NCBI RefSeq assembly: GCF_006345805.1
Contig: NC_042998.1
Coordinates: forward strand, 47,492,001 to 47,556,000
DNA from: Octopus sinensis
Lineage: Eukaryota
Length of the DNA stretch: 64,000 bases
Direction: 5' to 3'
In this document: positions 39,301-54,882 of the stretch, in pieces
How the letters are laid out: each line of letters opens with the position of its first letter
Position numbering within the stretch: position 1 is the first letter of the stretch
Notes under the pieces: generated by a model
Told to the model about the DNA's origin: nothing
What the model saw: the letters and a program-made list of their open reading frames with translations, nothing else
Database searches by the model: none
Translations under genes and position numbers: made by a program

Positions 39301-40198
39301 ACAAACTCACTAATATCATCAAATACCTACATATGCATATATACACGCATACACAGACAAGCACACACACACACACACACACACATACACACACAAGTAC
39401 GGAGCGGGTTAACATGAAATACCACGGGAAATGCTATATTCATGTATGTGTTTCCAGCAGATGTAAACAAAATACTATTAATAGTAGATATACTCACGCA
39501 TATACACACGTACATACACACGCATACATACGAACAGGTGCATACACATACACATATACATTATCATAGTTCTATAGTGAGTGTAATCATACATGTATAC
39601 GTGCATATATAAATTCATACGCATACACACATACACGCACAAACATCGACACATACATACAAACATACACCACACACACACACACAAATACACTATATAT
39701 ATATATATATGTATGTATATCACAACACACATATATGCATTCATACGCAGGCTGTATGCCTGCTTAAATACATAGGCATACATAAATGCGGAGATCTAAG
39801 GTTTCAGCGCTATCGGAAGTTATTTGCCCGGCAAATCGTCTTATCTTTTAGTTCAAAATATACTTAAACAACCGATTGCTGAGTGTGTGTGCATATATAT
39901 GCGTATGTGTGTGTGTGTATACATACATAGATACACATATACATACGAATAAATATATAAATAAATATATATATATGTACATGCACACATGCAATCACAC
40001 ACTCATTGATGGAAGTAATGTTCTGCTTAACTATAATCTAAATGTACACACGCACGCACACACACACACACTCACACACACACACCTACACACATACACA
40101 CACACACACACACGTTTACACACACAGACTGAACATTACTATAGCTTGCATGTGCGTATGCAGGTATGTTTGTGTTGTATTATATATATATAATATCG

Positions 40199-40230
<32 letters not shown>

Positions 40231-40242
40231 CTATATATATAT

Positions 40243-40415
40243 GAGGGGTGTGTGGTAAGTAGCTTGCTTCCCAGCCACATGGTTCTGGATTCTATCCCGC
40301 TGTGTGGCACTTGCCTTATGAGTGGATTTGGTAGACGGAAACTGAAAGAAGCCCATCGTATATATATATATATATATATACATACATTTATATGTATATA
40401 TATGTGTGTGTGTGT

Positions 40416-40447
<32 letters not shown>

Positions 40448-40583
40448 TTATGTGTCTGTGTTTGTCCTCCAACCATAGCTTGACAACCGATGTTGGTGTC
40501 TTTACCAAAAGAGACCGATAGAATAAGTTCGACTTATTTTGGCCGCAGTCAAATGACTGAAACAAGTAAAAGAATAAAGGAAT
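40243..40583 (+). mobile_element. Family C SINE
   Basis: GTGTGGTAAGTAGCTTGCTTCCCAGCCACATGG...GGTAGACGGAAACTGAAAGAAGCCC...GGCCGCAGTCAAATGACTGAAACAAGTAAAAGAATAA. Confidence 0.85.
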
Positions 40584-40600
40584 ATACATACATACGTACA

Positions 40601-40636
<36 letters not shown>

Positions 40637-41236
40637 TATATATAATATATAGATATATATATAGACATATATATATATATATATATAATATATAGATACT
40701 ATAATATAACATACGTATATACATAATTAAATATATATAAAAATGTAACATTTACAAAAGCAAGAGAGTCAAACATTTTAATGTTTTGTTGGGCCTGGTT
40801 GTTTTTCTTCCTGGCATTCTTTTTCTTGTTATTATCATATTTATTTGCTTCATATTTGTGCTGACAACACCCACCTTCATACCACTTAAAATATTCTTTT
40901 AAACTCCACCCCCCATCTATTCCGTTCTCTTCTCTGATAGTTGCGTAGTCTCATTATTTTTTCTTTCTCGTAGAACTATGTCACTTCAGCGAGAAAACGT
41001 GAGAACACGTCAACGGTAAAGTTATTAATGCAATTCAATGGAAAAGCTAAATGAAATACGGCTTTAGCATAAGAAAAACGACCTTTCAGTCGAGGTCCAT
41101 CTATGAATAAAAGCATGCAGACACACACGCACATATACACAACACACATACTCACACACACACACACACACATACACACGAGTGTTGGATATAAATTTAC
41201 GTAACTATTTAGTCACGCATACTTATAACGTGTGCG

Positions 41237-41270
<34 letters not shown>

Positions 41271-41814
41271 ATATATATTATATGCGTATGTGTGTATACA
41301 TATATTTATTTGCGTAGGTGTACGTTTTGTGACTTTGACATCGACCATTGTGTACAAGCACACGCAGGCATTCACATGTGTGTATGTATATATGTATATG
41401 TGTTTGCATATGCTTGATACATACATATATACATATATACATACATATACATACATATATATATATATATATATAGATATATATATATATATATATATGA
41501 TATATATATATGTATATATATATATATTTGTAAGTATTAAGAGGTTATAAAGATTGACCTAAATATATATCTCAATGCTTGCAAGTGTCTCTTAAATCGT
41601 ACCGCCTATGAACCGCTTACACACTTCTTTAATACATTTTATATAATTTTGCTTTAAAACTATGTGCATGAATCCGACATTCTGGGCTATATTACCAATA
41701 TGGTTACTGTTATTGCATTTGAGGAGATTGCTTGTTGGAGAATACATAAATTCGTGGGACACTTCTTTGTTTTCTAGTGTTTTTATTTCTTTGATCCGGG
41801 ATTGTCCGAATCAT

Positions 41815-42060
41815 TAGAGCAACCATTTTTAGTTATGGACCCCTTTTGCCCCTGTTTTACTCCCAGCCATTTAATATTTTTTTTAAAATCCTATTTGGTT
41901 TTATAATTAAATATTATTAGGAATTATATAAAAGATATGGTTGAAATATTTTGTCTATTTTAGAAGTATAACCAATTTATTGCACATACATTTTTAACTA
42001 CAGAAACTTATGTGGCCACTACCCCCGAAGCGTCATATGGAACTCCTTTGAGAACCACTG
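41815..42060. mobile_element. hAT-type MITE remnant
   Basis: Ends in TTTGAGAACCACTG (reverse complement CAGTGGTTCTCAAA, a typical hAT TIR); left end degenerate. Confidence 0.45.
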
Positions 42061-42929
42061 CATTAGAGCGTCGGACCTAATGCTTTGCAATATATGTTCG
42101 AGTTCTTTACGCTTTGAGGTACAGTTCCGCCGAGGTCTACTTACCTTTCCGCTTTCAACTTTCCAGAATCGATGAATCGATGAAATAAATCATCAATCAA
42201 GTACATGTGTCGTTATCATCAACTAACTTCGTCTTCTCAAAATTGCTGGCTTTGTGACTAAATTCCCTTTATCTTCTATTTTTTTTTCTTGTTTTAGTCT
42301 CCGCCATGCTGAGACACCGCATGTTTAGTCGGGAAACATCGATCAATGTTTGGCACAAAGCCAGCAATTTTAGGAGTTCGGGTAAGTCGGTTACATCGAC
42401 GTCAGTACTCAACTGGTACTTATTTGATAGACCCGAAAGGGGGGAAAGCAATATCAATCTCTGCGGCTCATACGCTCCTCTCCATACATTTTCTGCAACT
42501 TCGCATAGGCCTCTGAGTAGATATCGCCATGACAACTTTCTCTGTCATGGTCAATGCGACGATCACGCGCTAAACACCTTCCTTCTAAGCACTGTTGTGG
42601 ACAGCGGAGTGAGCTAGAACGTTAAAATTTAGTGGGCATACACAGCAGAGTTCAAGGTCCGGATACTTATTGATCAGACCTCGTGTGTGTATGCGAAGGT
42701 ATGTCTATCTCTGAGTTTGTGTGTGTATGGATGTATGCAATGCGTTCGTTCGAGATTGTACAAGTGATTATTTACATATACTTATATGGTGGCTCTCTGC
42801 TCCTGCTCTTTCCTAGCGTGAGATCATAAAAGAATGTTGAGCGCTGAAAGGCATTTGAAGAGTACTGCTTGTATCCGTCACGTGACAAAGAATGTGTGTT
42901 TGTGTATCTTTCGGTGTACATGCATAGGC

Positions 42930-42996
<67 letters not shown>

Positions 42997-43067
42997 GGTT
43001 TCTAGCCTACATTAGAATGCAGTAAATATTAAACAAGATTGCTTGGACAGATGTGTGTATATGTCTG

Positions 43068-43189
<122 letters not shown>

Positions 43190-43191
43190 GA

Positions 43192-43240
<49 letters not shown>

Positions 43241-43278
43241 GTATATCATTATATATATATATATATATATATATACAG

Positions 43279-43382
<104 letters not shown>

Positions 43383-44244
43383 CAGAGAAATTCGACACAT
43401 TACAGATGATCATGATATCTGGGGGCAACAGATATTAGCAAGACCTAATTCAAAGGATAAATGACTTGAAAAGACCTTAATTATTCAGTTCCTCAAAACT
43501 TTACCACCGGTCAAACCACCGGTGAAAACCCTCTAAAACCCCGGTCAGGAAGAACAAGCTACATGCATAGCCACATATATGCCATGTTTAAAATGAGGCT
43601 ATTAATGTAAGTGCTGAATGTCTACACACTTCTTCATGGAGCGCTTCAATTTTGCGTCTGAAAGTCGCATGATGTTAATGCACTTAAATTAAATCTATCT
43701 GTCTGTGTGTTACAATCGTGGGAACAACAAAAATATTACTCGTGTACATGCACATCATCGTGCACGCTTACATCCGGTTTTTGCCTCGGTCAGCTGTTTA
43801 GTTTGTTTTGTCTGTTTACAGCTAAGAACATATTGGAGGACATGTGTCTGACGCGTGCGTGCGTGCGTGCGTGCGCGCACACCACGCGTTTGTATGGCTG
43901 TATGGCTAAGAAGCTCGTTCGGCATCTACGTTGTCTTGGGTTCCGTCCCACAGCACGGCACCTTGACGCAAATGTCTTCTGCTCTGACCATGGACCGACG
44001 AAAGATTTGTGAGTATATTTGGTAGACGGAGACTGATAAAGACTCGTCGTGTATGCATGAATTAATGCATATATATATATACGCAAATAATATTATATAT
44101 ATATATCATATATATGTATATATATATATATATATTATATATATATATATATAATACAAAAAAGGACAAGAACTCAAAACATACGGGGGGACCCACACAC
44201 ACATACACATAACACACACATATATATATATATAGTGTGTGTGT

Positions 44245-44275
<31 letters not shown>

Positions 44276-44437
44276 ATATAATATATATACAAAATATACA
44301 TATATATATATGTAGATATATATGTATGTATGTATGTATATTATATGTATATATATATATATATGCACATATACATACATACATATATATATATATATAC
44401 ATCCACACACACACACACACACACACACAACACATAT

Positions 44438-44477
<40 letters not shown>

Positions 44478-46493
44478 ACAGAAGGGAAAAAGGTTGCATT
44501 CTGATATGTAAGAGAACATGTGAGTAATGTCTATTACGAAAGCATATGTAGAGCGTGAATTTTGAAATCAGCACAACATATTTACAATTAATTCAATTCA
44601 ATTCAATTCAATTCAATTTTTATTGGCTCAAAAAGGAAAGGCTTTCACTTAGATACAAACTTACCAGAGCTTGACCAAATCAGCAAAATACAATGCAAAC
44701 TATATTACTGAATGAACAACGTATGAAAGAAGGAAAATTAAAAATTATTTTGTTTGCTTTTGGCCTCTGTAAAATAATCGTATTCTAATTTATAGTATTG
44801 ATATATCACGTAAAGCAACCGGTTTTCATCCACTGTTAATTAAGATTGGAATTCTTGGCTTTTCTAAAGTCAATAAAATATGATATTAATCCAGAGGGAC
44901 GGATCTGGGGAACTTGCGTCCAGCACCTTGAGCACTGATTTTTTAGGTGATACCTTTCTGCTCGAGTTAACCCCAACCGCCTGGTCCTTGGATGTCTTGT
45001 GTAATTTGCCCCGTTGTATGGGTTCGAGCAAAGTGCCCGACATGAGGATAAGTACCTTCCTTCAACCAGCTAGAGAGGAACTAAAATAAATAAAGGTTCA
45101 TGGATACTGAACTTCCGACCACGACTAACTAGTAAAACAAAAATAGTGTTAGTAAGACTGTTCCTTTAAAGTCAGGGACAACAAGAAACCCTTTTTTTCT
45201 TTTCTTTTTTGCTGTTAGCAATATTGTTTGTTTTGCTTCTGATTCAGGGAAAGAGAATGCATCCTATACCGCTAACGAATCTCATATGAAATAGAAAAAG
45301 AAATTTGACAAAATCGAAAGAAGTTAACAGATGATAATAACTGTTTCGAAAATTGGAGGTCTGCAGATAATCAAGTTAGCATCCTTCAGAATGATACAGT
45401 ACGGAATTTTGTCATTGAACAGGTCGCGGTCTCAAAGTAACGAAAATATTTTGACAAATTAAATTTAAATGTTGTAGTGAATCTAACGGATTTTGTGCGT
45501 TTCTTAAATGGCTTATAAACACCTTCCACGCTGCAATTGTTTTCGTTCCGGCACACGATCTTAGATCAGGTCACTTGCTATGCAAGTACATCTCTGTAAA
45601 TCCTTCAGAATGTTGCTGGGGAATGCAATATATTTGTATAGTGTTTTCTGTGAAGCGAACTTATATGCAAACATTATATGCTAAGTATAGGTAATACACC
45701 ATATTGTTCTGTAAACGTACTGTACAAATGTCTTGGCTCTGATCATCTATTCATTTATTGCTTCTCTCTACGTTTTTGTTTTATTTATTTGTCTGGAATA
45801 TTTTCTTGTTTGTTGACGTTTATGGTATTTTAGATAGAACCCAGAGGTTAAATTTTGTTTAATATGGTGGTATATTAAATCGAAACTAATGTTTCATTTA
45901 GAAGACCGAAGAGGAATGCGTTAGACCAAGTTGATCTAAGGACGCAGCAAGATGAAACAGAATACCAAGAGTCATTTAGTTTTGCACTACTCTATCAGTT
46001 TTAGAAATTCTCTCTTCTCGGTCATATTAAATATTTTATTAAGTTTCTTCGTACACAAGAAGATGAAAGACGAAAAAGAACCGAATGACAGTTATTTTTT
46101 TATTTCTAAAAATAACATTATTTTTCCAAGTTTATTTTATTTTAAAACTTCTTTTTATTTTTGTGTTTATATGTTTATTTTCTTAAAACCATTTAGCTAA
46201 TCACACGATATAAAAAAAGTTTTCATCTGTTCTAACCTTCCGGATCTTCAGTTGAGTTACGAATTGGTGCTTAAGAATTATCTGGTATTTACACAGCATA
46301 GTGATCTCTACCAAAAATTCTCTCCAATTACATCGTTCCCATGATATCCCGTAACACATGAATCAGTAAAAGATAACTTAAGTCGATCGTCTTATTTATG
46401 ACCACCCAAACATTAGTCCTACATTTATTGAAAGTAAATATACATATGTATATGTGTGTGTATGGATGTGTATTATGTGTGAGAGCTAGATAG

Positions 46494-46540
<47 letters not shown>

Positions 46541-47689
46541 ATTTTTGACCATTTCTTGAAGTCTTACAGTACAACTATTTTATTTTCTCACGTGGGTAAT
46601 GTGTACGAATAAAGGACGAGGAAAATAGTGAAGGGGCCGAATTGAAGCGAAGCTGCTCCTTTGGGAGATCGAAACCAAATATATTAATCCCTGGCGCAAG
46701 TGTAGATCACAAATTTTCTACGCCAGAGAATGAGTGATGTCCTTGCTTTTATCGAGTATACAAATGGGAATTACCTCAACCAAGAACTGAAATTGAATAC
46801 TGGTCCGGATTACTAAAACACCATCGTAAGAATATAAGAATATTTCGGCCCTATTCATCTGCCGTGTCTCGTTTCCAGACATATTGTGTCTAGGACTACA
46901 TTATCTTACGAATCTTTCTCTTTTTAAAACAGTAGAGTTAGCTTTGAAATAAGTTATATAGTGAACTATGATATCTCGTAACACATTACGCTGCTATTTC
47001 TAGCAGATCGAGTTAGTATGTAATGCCTCGTTTAGCAGACGATTGTTGTTCAAACCTGAGCCAACCTTTAGTCTAGTAAAGCTATTATCAAACACATACC
47101 AGCCATGAGCATACCCTGTCACTAGGAATATTTAGGGCTACAAAATGGCTTCACGGTATTTAATGGGGCTTAACGTCCTATTCGTATTTAAAACAATGGG
47201 CTGTGATTTAAGGCTTATTTGGTTGATGTTGCTAGTGTATCAGCTGACTACGTTAGCTTCTTTTAAACAGAGTATTATTAACGGCAAAATGGTTCATGTT
47301 AAATTAATTAGTTCTTACCAAAAACTGTACCGAGTGAATATAAGTACAATCTCGACTCGGGTGTTTACTTTTCATCTTACACAATGCTGAATGTCATACA
47401 TAATATGATAAATATTTAGGTCGCCATCATAGTTTCTAAAATAGGTCTAAAATGAACACCGACATCGTTTTTGTTGTTGTTTATATTTCGACAGTTGCTA
47501 CTCTTCAAATGATCTTGCGGTTGTCCTTTCTCTAAGTGTTGTTTACCTGTTTTTCGATATTTCTGGTATTTTTTTTTTTTTTGGTCTATATATTTATTCT
47601 TACGATTCTCCTCTGAGAATTATATCAGTTTTTTACGACAGAAAATGTATGTTCACCACTATAAATGTTTATACACATAAGCACTCACA

Positions 47690-47838
47690 AAGACGGAAAC
47701 ACATACACGCACACATAATGGTGATATATACATATACATATATATATATATATACACATACATATATACATAAAAAACGTGTATATGTGTAAGTATGAAT
47801 ATATACAAGAATGTGTTATACACACACATACGCACTAC

Positions 47839-47919
<81 letters not shown>

Positions 47920-48083
47920 CACACACATACATATATACATAAAAAGCGTGTATGTTTGTAAGTATGAATATATACAAAAATGTGTTTATACATACACATA
48001 CACACTATATACATACATATAATATACATATATATATATATATATAATATATATATATATTATATATATATATATATACATAC

Positions 48084-48143
<60 letters not shown>

Positions 48144-48148
48144 GTATG

Positions 48149-48235
<87 letters not shown>
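47690..48235. repeat. Long (TA)n-rich compound microsatellite with an internal ~150-bp duplication
   Basis: AAAAA(C/G)CGTGTAT(A/G)TGT(G/T)TAAGTATGAATATATACAA occurs twice (~47775 and ~47941). Confidence 0.9.
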
Positions 48236-48238
<3 letters not shown>

Positions 48239-50660
48239 CGCACCTATATCAATATAAATCTGATATGTGTATGTATTAGGTATGCGTGTAAGTAAGGATG
48301 TGGCTATTAAAAGGGAGACAGTTTAAAATGTATCAACACTTGATACGATAGACTGTTTTTTTCTTTCTTTCATTTTTTTTTTTTACATCGTTTCGTGGCC
48401 TGTGTAGTTTGATTTCCAACCAAACACCACTGTTTGCTGTCGTTTTTTTTTTTTCTTTTTCTTTTTTGTTTCTTCACTGATTCACTTTTCTGAGTTGTAT
48501 TTTGAGAACGTGCGCCTGTCTTATTATCAAAACATTTGACAGATATCTAGCGTTCTTTCCCTGTTTTGTTTTGTCTTGTTACATTATTTGCTTTATATTT
48601 GTTTTTAATGTGGTGGTAGTGGTAATGGGTTGTTTGAATGTAGCTGAAATGACCCATTTTTCAGCAAGCGTAAGCCCAAGAAACAGACTGTCCTAATGTT
48701 AGATTATAGTGCAGCTTTTAACCATAATGACATGTGATGACGGCCTATCCTCTTTTAAATGTCGTCTTTACCAGCTGGACACCTATCCCGAAGGAAAGGA
48801 AAAGATACTTATAAAACATTTCCTCGTCTACTTCCGGGTCTGTTCGCTCCTGTTGTGACATGAAATTTCTTACCACGTTTTGCTTCATGATCAAGAAGAT
48901 AAGTCGGGAGTATTTTTACTAAAACCCCTGAATAGCAAATAGGTCAAATGCCAAAATATATAATATACTGACATTGCAGTTTAGATGAATTGGGCTTCCC
49001 AGCTTGGATTTCTTTTGATATGCTTTTGCAATGAAATTCTGTAATTTTGCAATTTATATTTTGAGATTATAAAAAAAAAATGGGCACGATATTGTGAAAG
49101 AATAGTAGTACAAGAGATTAAAGAAAAACAAAACAACAAATTTCCGTATTAATTTCTTAGAATTTCTGTCCCGCTAAGATCAGTGATGGCCTCAAGCGGA
49201 GCAACAGATGTTAAAACACTCAGATAGATTATAAGATTGTCTTGTGATATAGAAGTAGCAGAAAAGCGATTCTTCTGCAAAGCTTAGGTTTAGTGTTGTT
49301 GTTGTTGTGCAGCTCTGGTCAGATTTAATCGTGCAAACCTAAGAATTTGGCGTGTATTCGTTAGCTGCCTGAAACATCCATATTTATACGAATATGTAAA
49401 AGGAATATGATAGAGGCCTTCGTATAAAGAAAGTCGTTCTGTTGGTTTTAAATCCTAGTTTGTATAAGGTTCTTCTTCTACATTAAAGATCACAGCCCCT
49501 CACCACCACTCTCTCTTGGCTTACTTCGGAGAAAGAACTTTTACACTCTGTCTTCTAACAGCATTTTTCTGTGATGTCATCTTCATGAATAGATTATTAA
49601 TTACTTAATTAAGCCACCCAAAACAATAATTCAACTGTTCTTTATATTGAAATTTATCAGTAGGTAAAAGAAAGAGTTACTCATGAGTTTCATTTGAATT
49701 GCATTCTATAAGAGGCTTAAATGAAACATATGTTGGGTTTACTGTCAATATCTAATTACATAAAAAGAAAATTTCATTCAATATCTAAAATGAATTGTTG
49801 TCAATAAAATTTTATCGTCATCTTTAATGACGAAAGATTTTCCAACTGTACTATGTGTTTCAATCTGTTCCCTGATCACCATCAGAGAACTTATTCTTAG
49901 TGGTGTAAACCCTACCAGGATGGATCCGAACAAGGAACTATTATTTCTAAAATATAATGATATCTTTATCCATTAGATCACTAACCCATGTGCTGTCAAT
50001 GTAATTTTATTGATACAACTAAAATCTTTTAAAGCATTAAATCATTTAATAAACCCCACCGAATTTATTAGACTGCGTTGTTTGACTGTGATGTAATTTA
50101 TTATCGATGTCTAGCATTCATATAAGTCTAGGTGAGATTCTCTTTGGGGATGGAATCCATGGTTAAAGACAAAACATGCCACCGTTATAAAATTTTAAAT
50201 AAGTGATTACAATCATCTTAGCTTTCTTAGATTTCCGTTAAAAGGGTATTGCTGAAACAGATGCTCCAGCATTCGCTAAACTCCAGGTTAAGGTGGTACA
50301 CTTACAGGAAAATGAATATACATAATAGTGATCTCAAGTAAAAACCTTTCCTCAGAAATTGAGAAAGGCATGCATGTCACAATTTCTTATTTCAACTTCA
50401 GTTATAAACCTGAGTAGTTCCCTTTTTTATAATATTAATGTATTATATTTACCAACTGTTCTCACAATGATGTTTATAGAAAGTAATGGAAAAATGTCTG
50501 ATGACCCAAATAATTATTTTTATGAGTAATATAATTTAAGAGTTTGCGGAATGTTTTATAGCATTATTTTTTCTTAATTTTCAGTTTGCTTTCATGTTTG
50601 TAATACTGGATAGTTAATATAGCTTCAATAAAATTATTTCCTCCTTTCCTTTTTTTGTAG

Positions 50661-51007
50661 ACTATTAAATGAAAAAGAGAAGCGACCTTTCATTGATGAA
50701 GCCGAGCGTCTACGAGTCCAGCACAAAAAAGATTATCCCGATTATAAATACCAACCGCGTCGTCGGAAACCTCTCAAAACTTCTGGCGTTAGCAATTCAG
50801 GATCAGTCGATGTACAGCACCACCTCCCACCAGGCATGATGTTAAAGTCACTTCAGAACTCACCCACTCCACATATGAGTGATGGCGAGTCTAGCAATTG
50901 CTCAAGTCCTCATAACGGCTCACATGGGCCACCGACTCCACCAACTACACCAAATCAGCAGGAACTTATAAAATGCATGGCAGATCGTTCACGTCTCAGA
51001 AGCATGG
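50661..51007 (+). CDS. SoxE: SoxE transcription factor, internal exon (C-terminal half of the HMG box plus GPPTPPTTP motif)
   Basis: Polypyrimidine-TAG acceptor; (R)[36 protein letters not shown]; the intron inside the HMG box at 'W-R' is at the SoxE position; [10 protein letters not shown]; donor G|GTAAGT, phase 1. Confidence 0.97.
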
Positions 51008-52103
51008 GTAAGTGTCTCGACGAAGTTTAAAATAACGAAAATGTGCTTCTACCTAGTTCATTTGATTTTAGTTATAATCTATCTTTATAGAAATATATAG
51101 GATAGCATATTTAATGGATATGCTTCTTTAGAAATAAAGTTCTTATTTTTGTCGACTTCCCGAATTTGATTTGTAAATTTGAGTATTCCCACATTAGCAC
51201 GAACTCATAAATAATAAAGGAGATGTTGGTTTGGTCAATTGTTGTAGACGATATCTCTATGACTGATATTCGTTGTATCAATCCTGGGAAAGACAACATC
51301 GATTCTTGTGGGATTCAAACCAAGAACGTTAACGAACGTAAATAAAGGCTTTTTGTTTGGCACGCGGCCTTTTTTGTCACTCATACATGTAATGATGGCC
51401 TACCATGAACACGTAAGCGTTACTTTTCTAGATAAGGGGTTCTCAAACTGACAAATAATTGGTCATCCCCTCTAAAATAATAGGAAAATTTTTTACTCAT
51501 TGCTCTTTATTAAGAATTTTTAATTTAAGCACATGGTCGGCTATTTTGCAGTGAGGGTGTTAGTCGACACCATCGACCTAGGAAGGATGGAAGGCAAAAT
51601 TGATCTTAGCAGGATTTGAACTCAGAAAATAAAGAGCTACAAAAATATCAAAATGCAACATTCGCTCTTTATTAATGACAAAACAAAATAGAATGTGCAT
51701 TTACATATTTCATCTTCCTTTGTTGTGATGTTGAACAAGTTAAAATTTTTATGACTTTTTTAAATATATTGATCATTGCAATCCATGCACCTCTTTATTC
51801 AATCCTCACAACCAACCACCACCTATTTTATATCGAACAACATTCTATCCGACACGAGTAAAGAGTCCTTCTATGACGCACAGGGGGAATATTACACTAG
51901 GTTTCAGTATGACAAGTAGCTACTGGCAAATTAGAAATGAAAGCAATAAAAGAGATTGAAGATCAGAATATTATCTTTAGTACATAATAGATATAAAGAA
52001 AGGCAATCCTTTACGTTGCATCTAGTTATATGAAACATCTTCATTTATTTTTATAATCATTGGTTAGAAGACTTCTCATGATCTAAATATTTATGTATTT
52101 CAG

Positions 52104-53065
52104 GAGGATTACATTCCCAGGCCCACCCCATCGACTTTAGTCGGGTAGATCTACGTGAACTTGGAAATGAAGTAATGAGTTTGGATAACATTGATGACCA
52201 TGAACTTGACCAGTATTTGGCAATGAATCCAGGTGCCATCCTCTCGCACCAACATAACGTCGCTGCGGCGGCAGCAGCTGCCACGGCCGCCGCAGCAGCC
52301 CAGTCTGATAACGGATATACGTGCTACAACCAGGTCAGCCCGACTGCTGTCTCTACTGCTCCTACTTGGACTAGCAATTACCGAGTTTCTGCAAGTGCTT
52401 GCGTGCAGCCTTTCAATAATGGAAGCCCAACCAGCATTCCTTATGATTTATCATCGCAACAGCAACAACAACAGCAACAACAACAACAGCAACAACAGCA
52501 ACAACAACAGCAGCAACAGCAGCAACAGCAACCACCACCTGCACATCAAGCGGCCAACGGTCACATAGGAATGGCTTCTAATATGGTACCAAACAACAAT
52601 GCCAACAATGCTAATGTGAACAATTCGAACAACACGAATAACCCTAACAATGGTGCAGTCGCTAATAACATAGGACATCATCATCGCGGACCAGTTTATA
52701 CAACAGCCGCTGAAAACGAATGTAAGTTCCGCGAACCTAATTCCCCGGCAACCATCAAACTGGAACACCTACAAGCACCCCCACCACCAGCACCCCATGC
52801 GCAACCGCAACCACTGCCGCCTCACTTCCGTTGCGAAACAAACAAATATGAAGAATATGACAATACAACATCTCGTTATTCTATGAACGATGACCAGATA
52901 TACCCAGTAACAAACCACCAACAAACATATTACTCAAACCATAATGGACAAGTAGTTTCTAATCCTTCTCCACCGACTTATCAGTATCTCACAATGGCTA
53001 GACAAACCTTTAACCCCATCGTCGCAGCAGGACCTGGAGAACAACCATGGGAACGTTATACATGA
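52104..53065 (+). CDS. SoxE: SoxE last coding exon (IDFSRVDLRELGNEVMSLDNIDDHELDQYL domain, polyA, polyQ, C-terminal region)
   Basis: TATTTCAG acceptor in phase with the previous exon; matches the SoxE motif 'IDF..VDI.EL...V......D..E.DQYL'; ends EQPWERYT-TGA. Confidence 0.95.
52457..52531 (+). repeat. Coding CAA/CAG repeat encoding 25 glutamines
   Basis: Counted from the sequence. Confidence 0.95.
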
Positions 53066-54442
53066 AACATTTAAAATCGTTTTTCATATATATATATTTG
53101 TAATATATATAAATATATAATAATGATATTAATATTAATATTGACGATAAACTTCGGTAGATCGAAATTCCTTCCTCTTGTAAGGAAACAGTTGATCTCA
53201 AAAGTACAATTACATGAAAACCCCTTGTGTATATGAACTAGTGATTGTGAAATATAAGAAATTGAAAAAGAAAGCATTCTAAAACACTTGTTTAAAACTT
53301 CGGAGAAAAAAATCTAATGATACTTTAATGCTTTCAAATGATTTTTATATATACATAGATATGTGTATGTGAATGTGTGAGTGTGTGACTAGGGTGAAAG
53401 AGGAAAATGCAGAGTCGGGGTTTAAACAGAGATATTCAAATTGAATAAAAGGTGACAAAAAGCATGTTAATTTACATGAATCTGAAAATCAAATCCTATG
53501 ACATTTAAAGAGTTGTTTGTGTACAGGTCCAAGCGTTTCATTAAAAACATTTTTTTTATGAATCACACATTTGTGTAGAGTAGACATCAGATTCTAGTTA
53601 AAGTAAAACTGTGCCTCTATTACAAGAAAGACGAGGAAAAACTTTTCTCGTTTTATCAACAATAATAAATGATGATTAGAAATTATCATTTGAAATAGAA
53701 CTTCTTGGGAATATTCCAAGAATACAAAATATTCGAACTTTTCAATTCAGCACAACAAGACTGGTGCTTAGAAATGCATGTAAAAATCAATTAACAGTAT
53801 ATCTTGTATCATACAATTGACTGTTAAAAACTTTTAATTTCATGTAAGTTTCTCGTTGTTTTAGTTATTATTTTTTTCTTTGTTTTTGTAGTGTTTTCTA
53901 CATCACGACATCGTATGTATGTTTTAAAGCAGATGAATACAGCTATGATATATCAATAATTATTCAATACGTTGAAAAGTAAAATATTTTCAAAGAAACA
54001 AAATATGATTCCTATATATATATATATATATATATATAGTTTTCTACAATTGTCTAGCAGATTTTTAACAAGATTAAGCTATAAATTCCATCACATTGAT
54101 GCAAATATCACAGAGTGTAAAATTCAATCTTTACATCTATATCTGTCAGTTAATAGTATTAATTTACTGTCTTTTTTCGGTTTTTGTTTTATTCTAAATT
54201 GAAAATAATTCTAGTGGTCATGGAAATGAATTCTTGGGTAAGACTATCCAAAGCATTTGCACAAATACCTTCAAACAAACAAACTACATGAACACAAATA
54301 GTATTTTGATGTTTTGTAGTGGATTCTCGTTCGATCTAATGCAGTTTGGCTGACACGTTTTGAAAATTTTGACACATATTCTTCAAATGAAAGAAATCAA
54401 ATTTAGTGTACAGGAGAGTCTCTTTTTTCTTTTTCTTTTTTA

Positions 54443-54605
54443 ACTTGGTAACAGATTATTTCACTTCAGATGTTTAACTCTATGAAATGAAATCTAGAGA
54501 GTGGTGCATCGGTCTGTATATGATTCGATATTATTTCATCGATTAATATCGACATATAGAAAGATGTTGTATACATATACCACAGAAAACCTATGTATAT
54601 GTGTA
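54443..54605 (+). repeat. ~160-bp dispersed repeat; second copy at ~60355-60517
   Basis: GATTATTTCACTTCAGATGTTTAACTCTATGAAATGAAATCTAGAGAGTGGTGCATCGGTCTG is shared. Confidence 0.9.
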
Positions 54606-54634
54606 TATATGCATATATATATATGTATATATAC

Positions 54635-54673
<39 letters not shown>

Positions 54674-54851
54674 TGTATATATACGTATATATATATATAT
54701 ATATGTATGTATATATATATGTATGTATATGTATGTATATATATGTATATATATATATATATATTAACGCATATATCTATGTATATAAGTATGTAAATAT
54801 ATATAGCATATATATGTATGCATAATATATATATATATATATATATATATC

Positions 54852-54882
<31 letters not shown>

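Noticed and set aside
52057-52768. Overlapping ORFs 52057-52284(-), 52233-52568(+) and 52451-52768(-)
   Set aside because: Alternative-frame or antisense readings of SoxE low-complexity codons.
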